From IMG/VR virus record IMGVR_UViG_3300026512_000004, positions 20,653 through 84,652 of that record: a stretch of DNA of 64,000 nt; one strand, 5' to 3'. Below, in pieces: positions 34,958 to 45,810 of this stretch. The first letter of the stretch is position 1. Each line of letters opens with the position of its first letter. This DNA comes from a virus. Lineage: Duplodnaviria > Heunggongvirae > Uroviricota > Caudoviricetes. The notes below the pieces were generated by a model, which was not told the DNA's origin, did no database searches, and saw only the letters and a list, made by a program, of their open reading frames with translations. A program made the translations under genes and the position numbers.

Positions 34958-37828
34958 TTATGCAACCTGGATATTAACAACAATTCTTTCAATCACACCA
35001 TAAGGTCTAATTGTAAGTGTGACATAAAGTGTACCAGAATCTTGGTCCGGTACTACGTTTACACTAAAAGACTGTAAAATTGACCATCTTTGATTAGACG
35101 GATCATATAAGAACTTATTCATAAACTTGTTAACACGAGCTTGGGCCTCATTTACCCAATAAGGAGTCATCCTTCTGTGCAAAATGCCTTTGAGCAACTT
35201 AGGTATCCACTTCTTGATAAAATGTACAAACTTCGCAACATTTTGGTACTTAAGTTTGGAAAGACGTTTCCAAGTGGTATACTGTTGGATAAAGTATTTA
35301 CCATCAGGTTCAACAATTGTCGGGTTTAACTGTTTCTCAATTAAATCACCAATTTCAGTTAAAGTTGGTCTGTAAGCTAGTTCTATCTTTTCTTCAATTG
35401 CGCCTTTTTCGATACCTGCTACAGGCTCACAAAGACCATAAACTTCATCAACATAAAGATGACGCTGTATAGCATGGTAAACAGGAGTTATCCAGATTTC
35501 TTTACCTGTGTGTTTATCGAAAATCTTACGATATTGAACATAAAGAGCACCATTGAAACTATTCCAAGGCACATCGTTTAAACGTGCATCAAGATCCTGT
35601 TGTGCAGACCAATTAAATCCGGTATCACCAAGAACAAGCATATCTTGACGCATATTTGCTAAAGTAATAGCCGCATTCTGGATGTTTGCGTTGTAACCAC
35701 CTACGAGGACATAATCGAACTCGTACCAAGGATAAATCGCTTGACGTATTAACTCAACGGACCCGTCTACAGAAATCAGAGTTCCTTCGTACGCTTTAGC
35801 AATAAGACCTATAATCTTATCGCTGGCAAGATTGACCATTCCATTAGACAAGTACAAAATACCATTACTACCCTTATTTAATCTAATTTCGTCAGCAACC
35901 GGGACATTATTAGTACCTACAGGAGAAGCAGGTGTCATTGAAAGTAACAGCATTAACCTATCTTTTTCGCTCTTAACAAGATTTTCTACCTCTAAAGTAC
36001 CAGCTTTACAACGGAGGTACTTAGACCTTTCATTGACCACAGTTTCTATATAAAGAGATTTACCAGAAGTTGGATCAACTACTTTAACCTTTTGACCACT
36101 ATAGTAAACATAAGGTGTTAAAGATACAGTCCACGGACCTTCTAACAGTTTGTGATTACCATCTTCACCAATCCTATAAATATAGAGATCCCAGAAGAGA
36201 TACTTGTACATCGGCTCACCATTATCATCTGTATAAAGCTTTTCATATTCCACATTACGGACAGCACGTATACGAATATTATTGTACCAATCACCAACAC
36301 CGACTGCATAAAAGTAGAAATAAACATTGGGCAGTTGCGCATCTAACTCGTCTTCACCGTTGACGAAGTCAACTGAAAGGGTTGTAACCGGTGTAGTTTT
36401 AATAGCAGTTCCAGATCCTTCTGTTCCAGTATATTTTTCGTCGAGATAAAGGTAGTAAACTGAACCATCAGTATACTTCTTAACAACTTGTCTTATATAA
36501 TCAAGTCCATCTGCCTGAGCTGCAATCCAATCGCCTTCAGAAACCTGATCATACTCGGTCTTAGAGGCACAGATGACAACTTTAGGATCCCAATCAGATC
36601 CATAGAACTGTGCATTCGAATCCGCAGCATCAACTACATTGGACACAGTAATCGTAGTAGATTCAGACACAACACCAGAATCACCTGTTCCAACAACACC
36701 GCAATAATCCCAATCAAGTATTGAAGTAGTGGTACCTTCATATGCGTCTTCGAGAATAAGTTTATACACCTGAGCAGTATCGTCATAATCGAATCCAACA
36801 ACCCTCACTGCTGCTTCTATACCATCGCCCCAAGAGTTGGATCCTGCTTTAAAGATCCAGAAATAGTTAGAACGGAGCACATTGTTTTTCCTATCTACGA
36901 AAACATCAAATTCCGCAGCAGACTTACAAATGACTATTTTACTGCCTTTGGTAAAACGATACCCTTTAGAACGAACACCAGCAGGTGCAGCATCTGCCCA
37001 TTGACGTATTCTAGTTAAGTACTGTGAATCACTTGTATTACCTGTATAAGTCTTCTCGAGTACAAGTTTGCCAGCAGTAATATCTATATCTACAACACGT
37101 ACAGCGTATTGTCTTGGGTCTGTGGTAGTTCCATCGTCCCACAGAATAAGATCGCCAATACGAAAATTCTGTATAACAGAAGGATCAGTACAGACAACAG
37201 CAGTGTTATTATCAGTGAACTGAAACGTATTATCTGAACCTGCGTCAATTCTCGTGGCAAGTTCTGCAACTTTAACAGAACCAGTCCCGGATGTTCCTTG
37301 ATAATCTCCGTCTAATACATATCGATCACTCTCTACTTGAACAACTTTCTTAGCATATTTCAAAGAGTCAAAACTTGTAGTACTCCCTTTTACGACAAAA
37401 GCATTCTCTAACTCAACAAGAGGTGAAGAAGTAGAAACTATAGAACGATCTTTATCGACTCTAAAAGTGTAGGTGCCACTGAGTGTCTCGTAATTAGTAG
37501 ATCTAGCAAGTACAACATTTGCTAAAGTAGCAGATTCTGTTTCGGAAAAGCCGTTATCAGGTGTAGGAGCAACACGACATACATATAACTTTTGTGCATA
37601 AAGAAGAAACGCATAAGCAAGGTAATGTCCGTAACCAGTCTTGTTAATATCAGGTGGTCCAAATAACTCAACAAATTGATCCCAGGAAGTTACCTCAACA
37701 ATCCTATTGTGAGGACCACGATCGCTTGTAATAACAACATAACCACTACGACCAGTTTCTAAAGCAGGTTCTAAGTAAGAAACATCTTCAATAAAAACGT
37801 AAACACCAGGCACTCTCATGTCAGGCAT
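34958..37828 (-). CDS. contractile tail sheath protein
   Basis: N-terminal MPDMRVPGVYVFIEDVSY (sheath PGVY motif), 956 aa with insertion domains, conserved C-terminal sheath-like region. Confidence 0.75.
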   Translation of the reverse strand: MPDMRVPGVYVFIEDVSYLEPALETGRSGYVVITSDRGPHNRIVEVTSWDQFVELFGPPDINKTGYGHYLAYAFLLYAQKLYVCRVAPTPDNGFSETESATLANVVLARSTNYETLSGTYTFRVDKDRSIVSTSSPLVELENAFVVKGSTTSFDSLKYAKKVVQVESDRYVLDGDYQGTSGTGSVKVAELATRIDAGSDNTFQFTDNNTAVVCTDPSVIQNFRIGDLILWDDGTTTDPRQYAVRVVDIDITAGKLVLEKTYTGNTSDSQYLTRIRQWADAAPAGVRSKGYRFTKGSKIVICKSAAEFDVFVDRKNNVLRSNYFWIFKAGSNSWGDGIEAAVRVVGFDYDDTAQVYKLILEDAYEGTTTSILDWDYCGVVGTGDSGVVSESTTITVSNVVDAADSNAQFYGSDWDPKVVICASKTEYDQVSEGDWIAAQADGLDYIRQVVKKYTDGSVYYLYLDEKYTGTEGSGTAIKTTPVTTLSVDFVNGEDELDAQLPNVYFYFYAVGVGDWYNNIRIRAVRNVEYEKLYTDDNGEPMYKYLFWDLYIYRIGEDGNHKLLEGPWTVSLTPYVYYSGQKVKVVDPTSGKSLYIETVVNERSKYLRCKAGTLEVENLVKSEKDRLMLLLSMTPASPVGTNNVPVADEIRLNKGSNGILYLSNGMVNLASDKIIGLIAKAYEGTLISVDGSVELIRQAIYPWYEFDYVLVGGYNANIQNAAITLANMRQDMLVLGDTGFNWSAQQDLDARLNDVPWNSFNGALYVQYRKIFDKHTGKEIWITPVYHAIQRHLYVDEVYGLCEPVAGIEKGAIEEKIELAYRPTLTEIGDLIEKQLNPTIVEPDGKYFIQQYTTWKRLSKLKYQNVAKFVHFIKKWIPKLLKGILHRRMTPYWVNEAQARVNKFMNKFLYDPSNQRWSILQSFSVNVVPDQDSGTLYVTLTIRPYGVIERIVVNIQVA

Positions 37829-37894
37829 TATATTAACCCCCTAAAATTTGCAGAAATATCAATCCCAACACGATACAATCGCATAAAGTTTGTT

Positions 37895-38605
37895 TTAACT
37901 AAGTATGTGCCATTCAATGGTCAAAGTACCAGTTGCGACGGGCTTCCACACAGGAGCAAACGTAACATGCGCAAACACTTCTACAGGTGTTACAGTACTA
38001 CTTGCGGAGTGATAAGCATTATCCTCCCAAGTTCCTAGGATTAACCAGGCCTCGTCAATTTTAGCATAGTCGTCTGTTATATAGGGTTCATTAGGTTCTA
38101 CCACACACTTTAAAACTACTTCTGTCTTTCTACCAGTTACATTATTAGTAGTAATCAACATGTTATCAGGATTGGTAGTGTCAAATTGCCTAACATATTG
38201 AATCCATTTACCAGCTCCTATCACACCGTTAACTGTAACATATTTCGGTTGGATCTCAGAACTATGTAATTGGTATGCACGTGTACTGGTTATCTGAGCA
38301 ATACTATCTTCAGAAGTAGGTGGATAAATAGTCGGGTCACCTCCGGATATAACGGATCCTTGTTTACCTACCACAAAATGGGAAATAATCGCATCCTTAT
38401 ATTCCAATTTAGGAGGCCCTTGACTATCGGTAAGATAAAAAATACGGGGTAAAACATACTCACGTCCTGTGTAAACAACCATGTTTTTTGATTCTCGTAT
38501 TAAGACACCATCTAAGAGAACACGTACAAATCCTCTAATTCTGGATACATGGTCTCTACCTATAAAGTCTTTAAAGCCCATTTTACTGTTCACAATACGT
38601 TTCAT
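37895..38605 (-). CDS. hypothetical structural protein
   Basis: 236 aa, upstream of sheath in tail operon. Confidence 0.4.
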   Translation of the reverse strand: MKRIVNSKMGFKDFIGRDHVSRIRGFVRVLLDGVLIRESKNMVVYTGREYVLPRIFYLTDSQGPPKLEYKDAIISHFVVGKQGSVISGGDPTIYPPTSEDSIAQITSTRAYQLHSSEIQPKYVTVNGVIGAGKWIQYVRQFDTTNPDNMLITTNNVTGRKTEVVLKCVVEPNEPYITDDYAKIDEAWLILGTWEDNAYHSASSTVTPVEVFAHVTFAPVWKPVATGTLTIEWHILS

Positions 38606-40257
38606 ACACTTCCCCCATTATTGTTTTTTGAAGTTAGCTCGACTCTTGCCCAAGATGCCAAACATAGTACTTCGTAAGACTTGTTTACTATATAGTCATT
38701 ACGACTAGTTAAAAAGTTAACTACTGACACATGACATAAATTAGCCGCAAGTTTGGGTGTACTACTAAACGGTATCTGACTATTAGGAGGTGACGTAATT
38801 ACGTCTGACGTATTCGCAGAGCTAGTTAACATTAGAAATTCTTTGACATTATGGTTAACACACAATTGCATTTGGTCAATCTGAAAAACAGACGACAAAA
38901 ATTTAACCACATTATCTGTACCAATCTGACTTACTAAACATAGACTATCAAAAGGATCCTCCAATAGAACACCTGTGAACATACTAGTATCAGTTAACAA
39001 CATGACGTGGTAAGGCTTCATGTGGTAAAAGAAAGCATACGTAGACATTTTATCAGGCTGTATTGCCTTACCAAAAAGAATGGACGCGAACAAATACTTG
39101 TACTTATTGTAAATGGCAGAAGATGGATTTTGTGATGCGAGAAAACATGTGAACAATTGTTCCAATGTATCATCGATACGATCCGGATGATTAACCACAA
39201 TATCCTTGAGTATCTCTGCAAAACGGTTGTTGTTTGTACTTAACCACACATATATATCGTCACTGTTTACATCAAGTTCCTGTACAGTACCACATAGAGG
39301 TGTCAACCATTTGTCTGTAAAGTTGTCCAAAAGCTTTCGTCTTTCCTCAGGATCTGTAGCTAAAGTTAAACCTTTATAATCCGCAACTAAATCTTTAAAC
39401 TTCTCTTCGGTGTTCCATCCAAGCGCATCGAAAGTACTTATGTTCGCCACATACCCAATACGTGGATCAATATGGTAGGTCAGATTACCACGTTTAGTAT
39501 TTAAATACCAAACTGCTAAAACTAAGTCTAACAACGTGATGTTAACAGGATCATACCCTTCAAGTGTAAAAAGGAGAACAATATTTCGGAATATTGTATA
39601 ATACATGACAAAAATCAAATCAGATATTACAGAAATCCGCACATTCTGTGTTACGAAAAGAATAATGTGTGACTGCAGTGGTAAAACTAATTGACCATTA
39701 TTGTATAGACTGTCTAATACCGTCTTATCGACAAGAAGTTCTGGAACACGTTGATAGACATCATCATAAGATATGACATCGCCATCTCTACTAGGACTTA
39801 TAGACTCATGCTCATAAATCTTCTTAGCGACAAATACCCAATCGTCTTCCTTCCTTGTAATAAGCAACTCATAAATACCTAAAGGTTCATTGAGATCACG
39901 TGCAATACGGTAAAATAAACTAACACTACCTTTAATACGGGCCAAATCTCCGTAACACTTTAGTATAATCGATTTATCGGAATAAGTGAGATTATCAAGA
40001 AGATCCTGTGGCAGTCCAGCAGACACTAAAATATGGTCAATAAGAGATTCTGGAACTTCCTTGTTTTCTACCAGTAATTTTAAATCACCAGGCACTTGAT
40101 TGTAAATCTGATCAATGTACACATCCAGAAGGTATCGAAGAATAATACCATAAAGTTCGTCATCGCGGTAAGGTAAATGGTCGAAAAGATAGCGTTCAAA
40201 ATAGTCCTGTATTTGATCACGAGTTATTGCCATAGAGGTAACCTCGTAATTGTTCAA
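38602..40257 (-). CDS. hypothetical structural protein
   Basis: 551 aa; overlapping stops/starts with neighbours. Confidence 0.4.
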   Translation of the reverse strand: MNNYEVTSMAITRDQIQDYFERYLFDHLPYRDDELYGIILRYLLDVYIDQIYNQVPGDLKLLVENKEVPESLIDHILVSAGLPQDLLDNLTYSDKSIILKCYGDLARIKGSVSLFYRIARDLNEPLGIYELLITRKEDDWVFVAKKIYEHESISPSRDGDVISYDDVYQRVPELLVDKTVLDSLYNNGQLVLPLQSHIILFVTQNVRISVISDLIFVMYYTIFRNIVLLFTLEGYDPVNITLLDLVLAVWYLNTKRGNLTYHIDPRIGYVANISTFDALGWNTEEKFKDLVADYKGLTLATDPEERRKLLDNFTDKWLTPLCGTVQELDVNSDDIYVWLSTNNNRFAEILKDIVVNHPDRIDDTLEQLFTCFLASQNPSSAIYNKYKYLFASILFGKAIQPDKMSTYAFFYHMKPYHVMLLTDTSMFTGVLLEDPFDSLCLVSQIGTDNVVKFLSSVFQIDQMQLCVNHNVKEFLMLTSSANTSDVITSPPNSQIPFSSTPKLAANLCHVSVVNFLTSRNDYIVNKSYEVLCLASWARVELTSKNNNGGSV

Positions 40258-41089
40258 ATATTGCCAAAAATGACTCCTGTGGTTGTAATCCAGTTAGGTC
40301 AATAGTGTTGCCTGACTTATCGATATCATTAGAATAATTGAAAATACCATAAGGACGTGGTAGAGTCGAAAGTAACGGAAAAGAGAATCCTTTGGTGTAG
40401 AATTCAAGACAATCATAAATGATACGATTATAGTACTGTGAAGCCGCTACAATCGTTTGTTCGTTATACTGGTCACCATATGTGAAAAAATACAGTTCAA
40501 ATGTACTGTCAAAATGTGACTCTATTTCAGATGCAATAGACTCCAGGGTTTGCAACAGATTGATGATGTTTTCGTACACATCTAATGTGACATATTGGTT
40601 AGCAAAAAAGACATAATGGTTTTGTATGTTTAAATTCTTGATATGTTCATATTGTATATTAGCTGGTTCAACGTCTATCTCATAAATCGTTTTATCTTCA
40701 ATAGTGTGCGGTGTAACACGCATATTAGTCACACGAACACCAGTACTATTCAAAGGGCTGAAGAAAAAGATTAAGTCGTTTATTTTCGGTTTCAAAGTAG
40801 CAATATGAAGAACACCTGTGAAGTAGAGGATAGCACCGTATTGCATTTCTGTTGTAGTCGCGGCAAAAGGAGTTGCGTAAATCAGAGGAGTTAAGTCATA
40901 AAGTGTATACTTACAATGAGGTGAGGTCCAGAAAGCAGTACTATCTTCAAATGTAGAGGTAGTTTCTAGAGAGAAGTATCTAACAGGTAAAGATTGTATG
41001 CGATAGTTTTTATACTGATCGAGTTGACGTAAGTACTCTTCTAAATAACGATAAGAAAGTTGTGGACTAGAAAGACTTGATAACTGCAT
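40217..41089 (-). CDS. hypothetical structural protein
   Basis: 290 aa. Confidence 0.4.
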   Translation of the reverse strand: MQLSSLSSPQLSYRYLEEYLRQLDQYKNYRIQSLPVRYFSLETTSTFEDSTAFWTSPHCKYTLYDLTPLIYATPFAATTTEMQYGAILYFTGVLHIATLKPKINDLIFFFSPLNSTGVRVTNMRVTPHTIEDKTIYEIDVEPANIQYEHIKNLNIQNHYVFFANQYVTLDVYENIINLLQTLESIASEIESHFDSTFELYFFTYGDQYNEQTIVAASQYYNRIIYDCLEFYTKGFSFPLLSTLPRPYGIFNYSNDIDKSGNTIDLTGLQPQESFLAIFEQLRGYLYGNNS

Positions 41090-41120
41090 TTTCTGTAGTA
41101 TAGATATTTATGAAAAATCT

Positions 41121-41356
41121 GAAAGGACCTCCTTCAATCTATAGGTTCCAGAGGTCCTGCGCCAGGACGACCCTGGGCGATCCCTCGTAGTCCCATGGAC
41201 AATCTGTCCAGAGGGGACTGGAGGCTTGTCAGATTACGGAAGTGTAGTTTTACTATGATGCATATGAACATGATTCAGTTTTACATACAACGACTATACG
41301 AGATGAAAAATGTGGAACTTTACTAAACAATAACTAGTTTAAAGGAGGTACGAACT
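41121..41356 (+). repeat. structured intergenic module, copy 2 (about 235 nt)
   Basis: Direct repeat of 30686-30946. The core at 41155-41242 differs from copy 1 only at a few positions, including a C-to-U change that keeps the stem as a G-U wobble. Copy 2 lacks the 25-nt hairpin insert of copy 1 and ends with AACTAGTTTAAAGGAGGT plus an ATG. Confidence 0.7.
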
Positions 41357-42163
41357 ATGCGAACTAGTACTCACTACATCACTACACCAGACAAAAACAG
41401 GTTTCTAGGGTTGATAGTGTACGAGAAGGATAATAATACAAGGGTACTTAGAATTGTAGGTTCAGCAGTACTAGAAAATGGTAAATTAATATCCGACTTA
41501 AATGACCTACCTGTTAGGACAACTTTGAATAGAGTCAAAAAGATAGCAATGTATGCACCTATCAGGTATGTAGTGGATGAGAAGATCCAAATCTTTCCAT
41601 TTGACAAAGTAAATGAAGAGGTTGAATTAGAAGGCGAGGATGGCAAATTATTTATAGACTATTGTATCCAGCAGGATATGTCAACAGGTAAATCGGAGAT
41701 TATTTCTATTCGCGCGTATCAAATGGAAGAAGATGTTAAAACATGGTACTTACTGAATGCTATAGACACAGATATAGTCAGAGATAGATTGAAAGTTTTC
41801 GCCGTAGATGTCGAACTAGATATGTTTCCGCCTCTGGTAATCTGTGATCCGGTGGAAAAAGTTCTCTATGTCGAAATTGGTCATAATGGCTATATAGGTA
41901 GTTTTCACGGTAGGAAATTAGAAACAATTACTAGAGCATTTGCGGTATGGCCGGAGTTTATGTGCAAGCTGACAGGAACAATTACTAGAGGCTCACACAC
42001 GCCTGGTGCTCAAGGAGGATTCTATGGAAAACTGTATACGGGATTAGTTAATCATCTAGACGATTGGACACCTGGTCTATATAAGTTATATCGCGTGATG
42101 GATGATAGAGTAGAAATTAGTAGAATAGCTGAACGAATAGAGGTTATAGAGGAAGAAGAGTAA
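41357..42163 (+). CDS. hypothetical protein (strongly translated, late-region island)
   Basis: 268 aa; strong SD; flanked by repeat module and bidirectional terminator. Confidence 0.5.
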   Translation: MRTSTHYITTPDKNRFLGLIVYEKDNNTRVLRIVGSAVLENGKLISDLNDLPVRTTLNRVKKIAMYAPIRYVVDEKIQIFPFDKVNEEVELEGEDGKLFIDYCIQQDMSTGKSEIISIRAYQMEEDVKTWYLLNAIDTDIVRDRLKVFAVDVELDMFPPLVICDPVEKVLYVEIGHNGYIGSFHGRKLETITRAFAVWPEFMCKLTGTITRGSHTPGAQGGFYGKLYTGLVNHLDDWTPGLYKLYRVMDDRVEISRIAERIEVIEEEE

Positions 42164-42172
42164 GTCATCTAA

Positions 42173-42200
42173 GAGGGGTCCTACGGGCCCCTTTTTTTGT
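42173..42200. terminator. bidirectional terminator between convergent genes
   Basis: AGGGGTCC-TAC-GGGCCCCTTTTTTTG. Confidence 0.6.
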
Positions 42201-42216
42201 TTTCTAGGACTGAACA

Positions 42217-43032
42217 TTAGTATACCTTACATTTCAAGCCTAACTTTGCAATATTCATTTTAGCAATTGTTAGTAATTCAGGCTTCAAAACACGTACTTC
42301 ACGTGGTTGCATATCCATAACACGTATTAAAGCATCTAAGACATCCACTTCATCCAAATACAGATAAGTAAATCCCTGACTATAGATTACGCGCTTATTT
42401 GTCAGCATCTGGTCAACACTAAGAGTTATACCTATGAATGCGTCAAGAAAAATTGCAAGTATTGATGTTAGTTCGTATACTAGGGATAAATGAATATCTT
42501 CTTCGTCTAAACATAACTTGTTGAATTTATCGTATAACCATATGCGACCAACTTCACTGTGTATTTTTGTCGCGTACTCAGTAATTTCTTTTCCTTTATC
42601 AGACAAAACAGTTGCTAACTTTTTCTTGACTTTACTTGCTTTAATAACTAACTCATTAAAAGATTGCTTCAGAAATTCTACACAATTGACACATCGTTCA
42701 TCTCGTAACGCAAGAAATCGATTCCACGCGGCTATAACCTTAAACCAATTTAGGACAAGGTCTATGCCTATATCTATAAGGTAAAGAGTGCTAGAGTGGA
42801 AAAATAAAGTACTGGCATAAACTTGGCGCATAATCTCAGATTTCAAAGAATAAAAATGTGCTAAACTGGAAGATGTAGCAGACGAAAGATGTGCTAAACG
42901 TTTAAACTTCCCGTTATCTACTTCAACAGATGGAACTATAACATCTTCATTGAGAAACTCGAAGTATTTTGTTACGTATTCTGATAAGTCAATAGGAAGA
43001 CAATGTCTTCCACATTCCTTACACAGTTGCAT
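42217..43032 (-). CDS. hypothetical protein
   Basis: 271 aa; N-terminal CKECGRHC. Confidence 0.4.
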   Translation of the reverse strand: MQLCKECGRHCLPIDLSEYVTKYFEFLNEDVIVPSVEVDNGKFKRLAHLSSATSSSLAHFYSLKSEIMRQVYASTLFFHSSTLYLIDIGIDLVLNWFKVIAAWNRFLALRDERCVNCVEFLKQSFNELVIKASKVKKKLATVLSDKGKEITEYATKIHSEVGRIWLYDKFNKLCLDEEDIHLSLVYELTSILAIFLDAFIGITLSVDQMLTNKRVIYSQGFTYLYLDEVDVLDALIRVMDMQPREVRVLKPELLTIAKMNIAKLGLKCKVY

Positions 43033-43139
43033 AATTACTTCCCCCGGCAGTTGTCGTTTTCAAAGTCTTTAATCGTTGTATTCTCAACCCTTTGGTCCAA
43101 ATCGCTTGTCGACTTCTAGAGAGTTAGATGAAGATTATT

Positions 43140-43454
43140 TTAGAGCGATCCAAAAGTCGTTCTTGAGAACATATTACGAACTTCACGTATATCTTGTTTT
43201 ATTTCGCGCAAAAGTCCTAAAATCTGTTCATAACGCATCTTATCCAGTTCTGTCGTATTGTTCAACTGCTGCTCTAAATTAGCTATTTTGTTAGTAACGT
43301 CATCAAGCTTATCGTTGACACGTATTCGATCATCGTTGTTCTGTTTAACAACTCCACGCAGTGAAATGACAAGTAAAATAAATAAGGCTAACGAAATAGT
43401 ACCAATAAGAGGATGCTTGTCTAAGAATGATATCAGTAACTGTAATTCTTCCAT
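43140..43454 (-). CDS. membrane-anchored coiled-coil protein
   Basis: 104 aa; TM (ISLALFILLVISL) then coiled coil. Confidence 0.35.
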   Translation of the reverse strand: MEELQLLISFLDKHPLIGTISLALFILLVISLRGVVKQNNDDRIRVNDKLDDVTNKIANLEQQLNNTTELDKMRYEQILGLLREIKQDIREVRNMFSRTTFGSL

Positions 43455-43472
43455 TTATACAACCTCGTGTGA

Positions 43473-44441
43473 CTAGAAAACCTCACCCTTGTACACAGTT
43501 TTAATAGTAGCTCTAAATCTACCTCTATCGTCGTAACGTATAATAGCAAACCCTTGAGTCCAATTGTTTAATAACGCGTACTCAAAACTAGTAGCCAAAT
43601 GGCCAACAGCTCCACCCCAGTATAGTTCACCGTCTATACGTTTAAACACCTTTTCTTGATTTCTATGGAAGTGTCCTACAATGAAATGGTCGTGTACATA
43701 CTTCCAGATAACGTTTGTTATATGCTCTGGCTGATAACTGCCAACACGTTCGTGACCATGTAAATGCCATAGTTTACCAATACGAAAAGGTTCTGTATAG
43801 ACGGTTATGTTTAGTTCTTTAACATTTAACCTAACTTCTAGGAGATCCTGAACTAAATCGTAGATTTCTTGAGCGTTATCAGCTATATAACGTGTTAAAC
43901 GTTGTTCATGGTTGCCATAAAGATAGAAAATTCTAGCATCTGGATATTTATTGCGCAAGAAATTGAGAAAGTTGCGCGCTTCATCTATCTCTTGACGAAC
44001 GGATTTGCGAGTAGGGTCTTTCGAAAAACGTGAAATTTTATAAAAATCAATTAAATCACCAAGTATTGTTATAATAGTAGGCGTAATATGTTCAGTATCA
44101 AGATAATCAAAAACAGTATTAACAGCAAGTTGATCGTGATAAGGTATATGAAGGTCAGCAAGGACTAACTCTATATCTTTTTGTTCTGAAACAATCTGAG
44201 ATTTTAAGGTGAAAACATGCTGATTGCGAATAGCAAAAAGAAGTCCACGTGCAAGTGATTCACTAATTCCGAGCACATCTGCCAACTTTCTTCTGCCAAT
44301 AGGCTTACCAGTCGTTTTTAAATGCTTCTCGTATATAAGACAGGCATTGTGCCAGAGTGATGGTGTAATCAAAGACGACAACTGTAAGACCTCGGATATG
44401 ATTAAAAGTGTTAAGCAGACGACAAAGTGATCTTTTTCCAA
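43473..44441 (-). CDS. calcineurin-like metallophosphoesterase with N-terminal HTH
   Basis: Motifs ADLHIPYHD (DxH), ILGDLIDFY (GDxxD), LYGNHEQ (GNHE), LHGHE, VGHFH; N-terminal RRKLADVLGISESLARGLL HTH. Confidence 0.6.
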   Translation of the reverse strand: MEKDHFVVCLTLLIISEVLQLSSLITPSLWHNACLIYEKHLKTTGKPIGRRKLADVLGISESLARGLLFAIRNQHVFTLKSQIVSEQKDIELVLADLHIPYHDQLAVNTVFDYLDTEHITPTIITILGDLIDFYKISRFSKDPTRKSVRQEIDEARNFLNFLRNKYPDARIFYLYGNHEQRLTRYIADNAQEIYDLVQDLLEVRLNVKELNITVYTEPFRIGKLWHLHGHERVGSYQPEHITNVIWKYVHDHFIVGHFHRNQEKVFKRIDGELYWGGAVGHLATSFEYALLNNWTQGFAIIRYDDRGRFRATIKTVYKGEVF

Positions 44442-44585
44442 AATAGATTCATTTAGCCTACATCAGTCAAATAATTTTACTCAAAAGAAACTACAGTAAC
44501 TTACCAAACTTCCACCAAGAGGGTGGATTGGGATAAGGTGGATGTTCTGCTTTAAGTAAACTCGTTTCATATTAGAAACCTCTTA

Positions 44586-45065
44586 CTAACTCTGTTTAGG
44601 AGTGTAATTGGCAATTTCTTGCCTTATCTGTTCAAGCTCCTCTGTAGTTGTAGCTGATTGTATTCTTCTCTCTAAATCGTCATTCCACTGCCTTATAGCG
44701 TCTCTCTGCTGAAGTTGAGAGTTGTAATAAGATATGAGTTCTTCATATTTAGAGGTATCCCCTTTGATTTGAGCTTCCTGAATCTTTGTGATTATGTAGT
44801 CGGTTTTGGACAATAAGCTTGCTACCTTTGCTTTTCTCTCATTATGAACTATTGTTCTCAACTCATCTAAAGAAGGTGGAGATGGAGTATACTCAACAAC
44901 TTCTTTCTTTTCAAAGTCCCATCTTCTTCTACCTTGATTGTTTATGAACTCAAGCCACTGTTCATCTGATATAGGAATTGCTTCTTTAGGAATGTTGTCT
45001 CCGTGGATGTCTGGAGAGTAAAATGCTTTAGGAAAACCTTTCTCGTCAAAAATTGCATATTTCAT
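44586..45065 (-). CDS. hypothetical protein
   Basis: 159 aa. Confidence 0.4.
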   Translation of the reverse strand: MKYAIFDEKGFPKAFYSPDIHGDNIPKEAIPISDEQWLEFINNQGRRRWDFEKKEVVEYTPSPPSLDELRTIVHNERKAKVASLLSKTDYIITKIQEAQIKGDTSKYEELISYYNSQLQQRDAIRQWNDDLERRIQSATTTEELEQIRQEIANYTPKQS

Positions 45066-45077
45066 GGTTGTCCTCCT

Positions 45078-45794
45078 TTAGTAACCTATTGCTACCCACC
45101 ACAAACGACCCTTTCCGTTCGGAGGGGTATTTCCAGCTACGTCCCATACCTTTACACCGACCCCAGATGTTGAAAAGTTGCTTAATGTTCCATCTAAATT
45201 TTGTCTTACCGCAACCCCGAAATGAAATGCTCCATTGTTCTCGTCTGTTCCTGGTGAAATCGCACAAGCAAACGAAAGTAAAACTGTTGGAAATGAAATC
45301 GGAAATATTATATCAAATTTTTCACCATGAACGAACGGACTACTTTTTTCATAAACTCCCCACTGTATAATCAACCCATTCGGAAACTTTATATACCCAG
45401 ACGATGACAACAACTGAGCTACATCTCCTTGATGCCAAACTTTATGATCCAAAAACTTTAAGCTTCCATTATCACTATATAGTATATTAGTTGAATATCT
45501 TGCACAATAAATGCGAAACTCGCCCCCACGGGTACTGCTGTACTCCACACGTTTACTCGTATCCTTATCAGGATACAAAGCAAGCCCAACACTGTCGAAT
45601 GAATTATTGGAATCAGACGTCCCCGAAATCACTAATGGATAGAAGTTATTGTCAACCTGAATGGTACTTGGTACATCTGTCCTTACGAACTTGTTTGGAG
45701 ACAACCCTCTCAACAAATCAGCATCCAATCCACTCCCTTCACCATCAACCGTCTTCAACGCTTCTAACAGTCCCTTAGCAGTTCTGTAGCTCAT
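45078..45794 (-). CDS. hypothetical structural protein
   Basis: 238 aa, downstream of fibre genes. Confidence 0.4.
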   Translation of the reverse strand: MSYRTAKGLLEALKTVDGEGSGLDADLLRGLSPNKFVRTDVPSTIQVDNNFYPLVISGTSDSNNSFDSVGLALYPDKDTSKRVEYSSTRGGEFRIYCARYSTNILYSDNGSLKFLDHKVWHQGDVAQLLSSSGYIKFPNGLIIQWGVYEKSSPFVHGEKFDIIFPISFPTVLLSFACAISPGTDENNGAFHFGVAVRQNLDGTLSNFSTSGVGVKVWDVAGNTPPNGKGRLWWVAIGY

Positions 45795-45810
45795 ACTCTA
45801 CTCACCTCCT

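Noticed and set aside
44442-44585. Possible 27-aa ORF on the - strand (MKRVYLKQNIHLIPIHPLGGSLVSYCSF) with an AGAGG SD
   Set aside because: It is too short and unsupported by motifs. It may simply be the 5' leader of the phosphoesterase gene.
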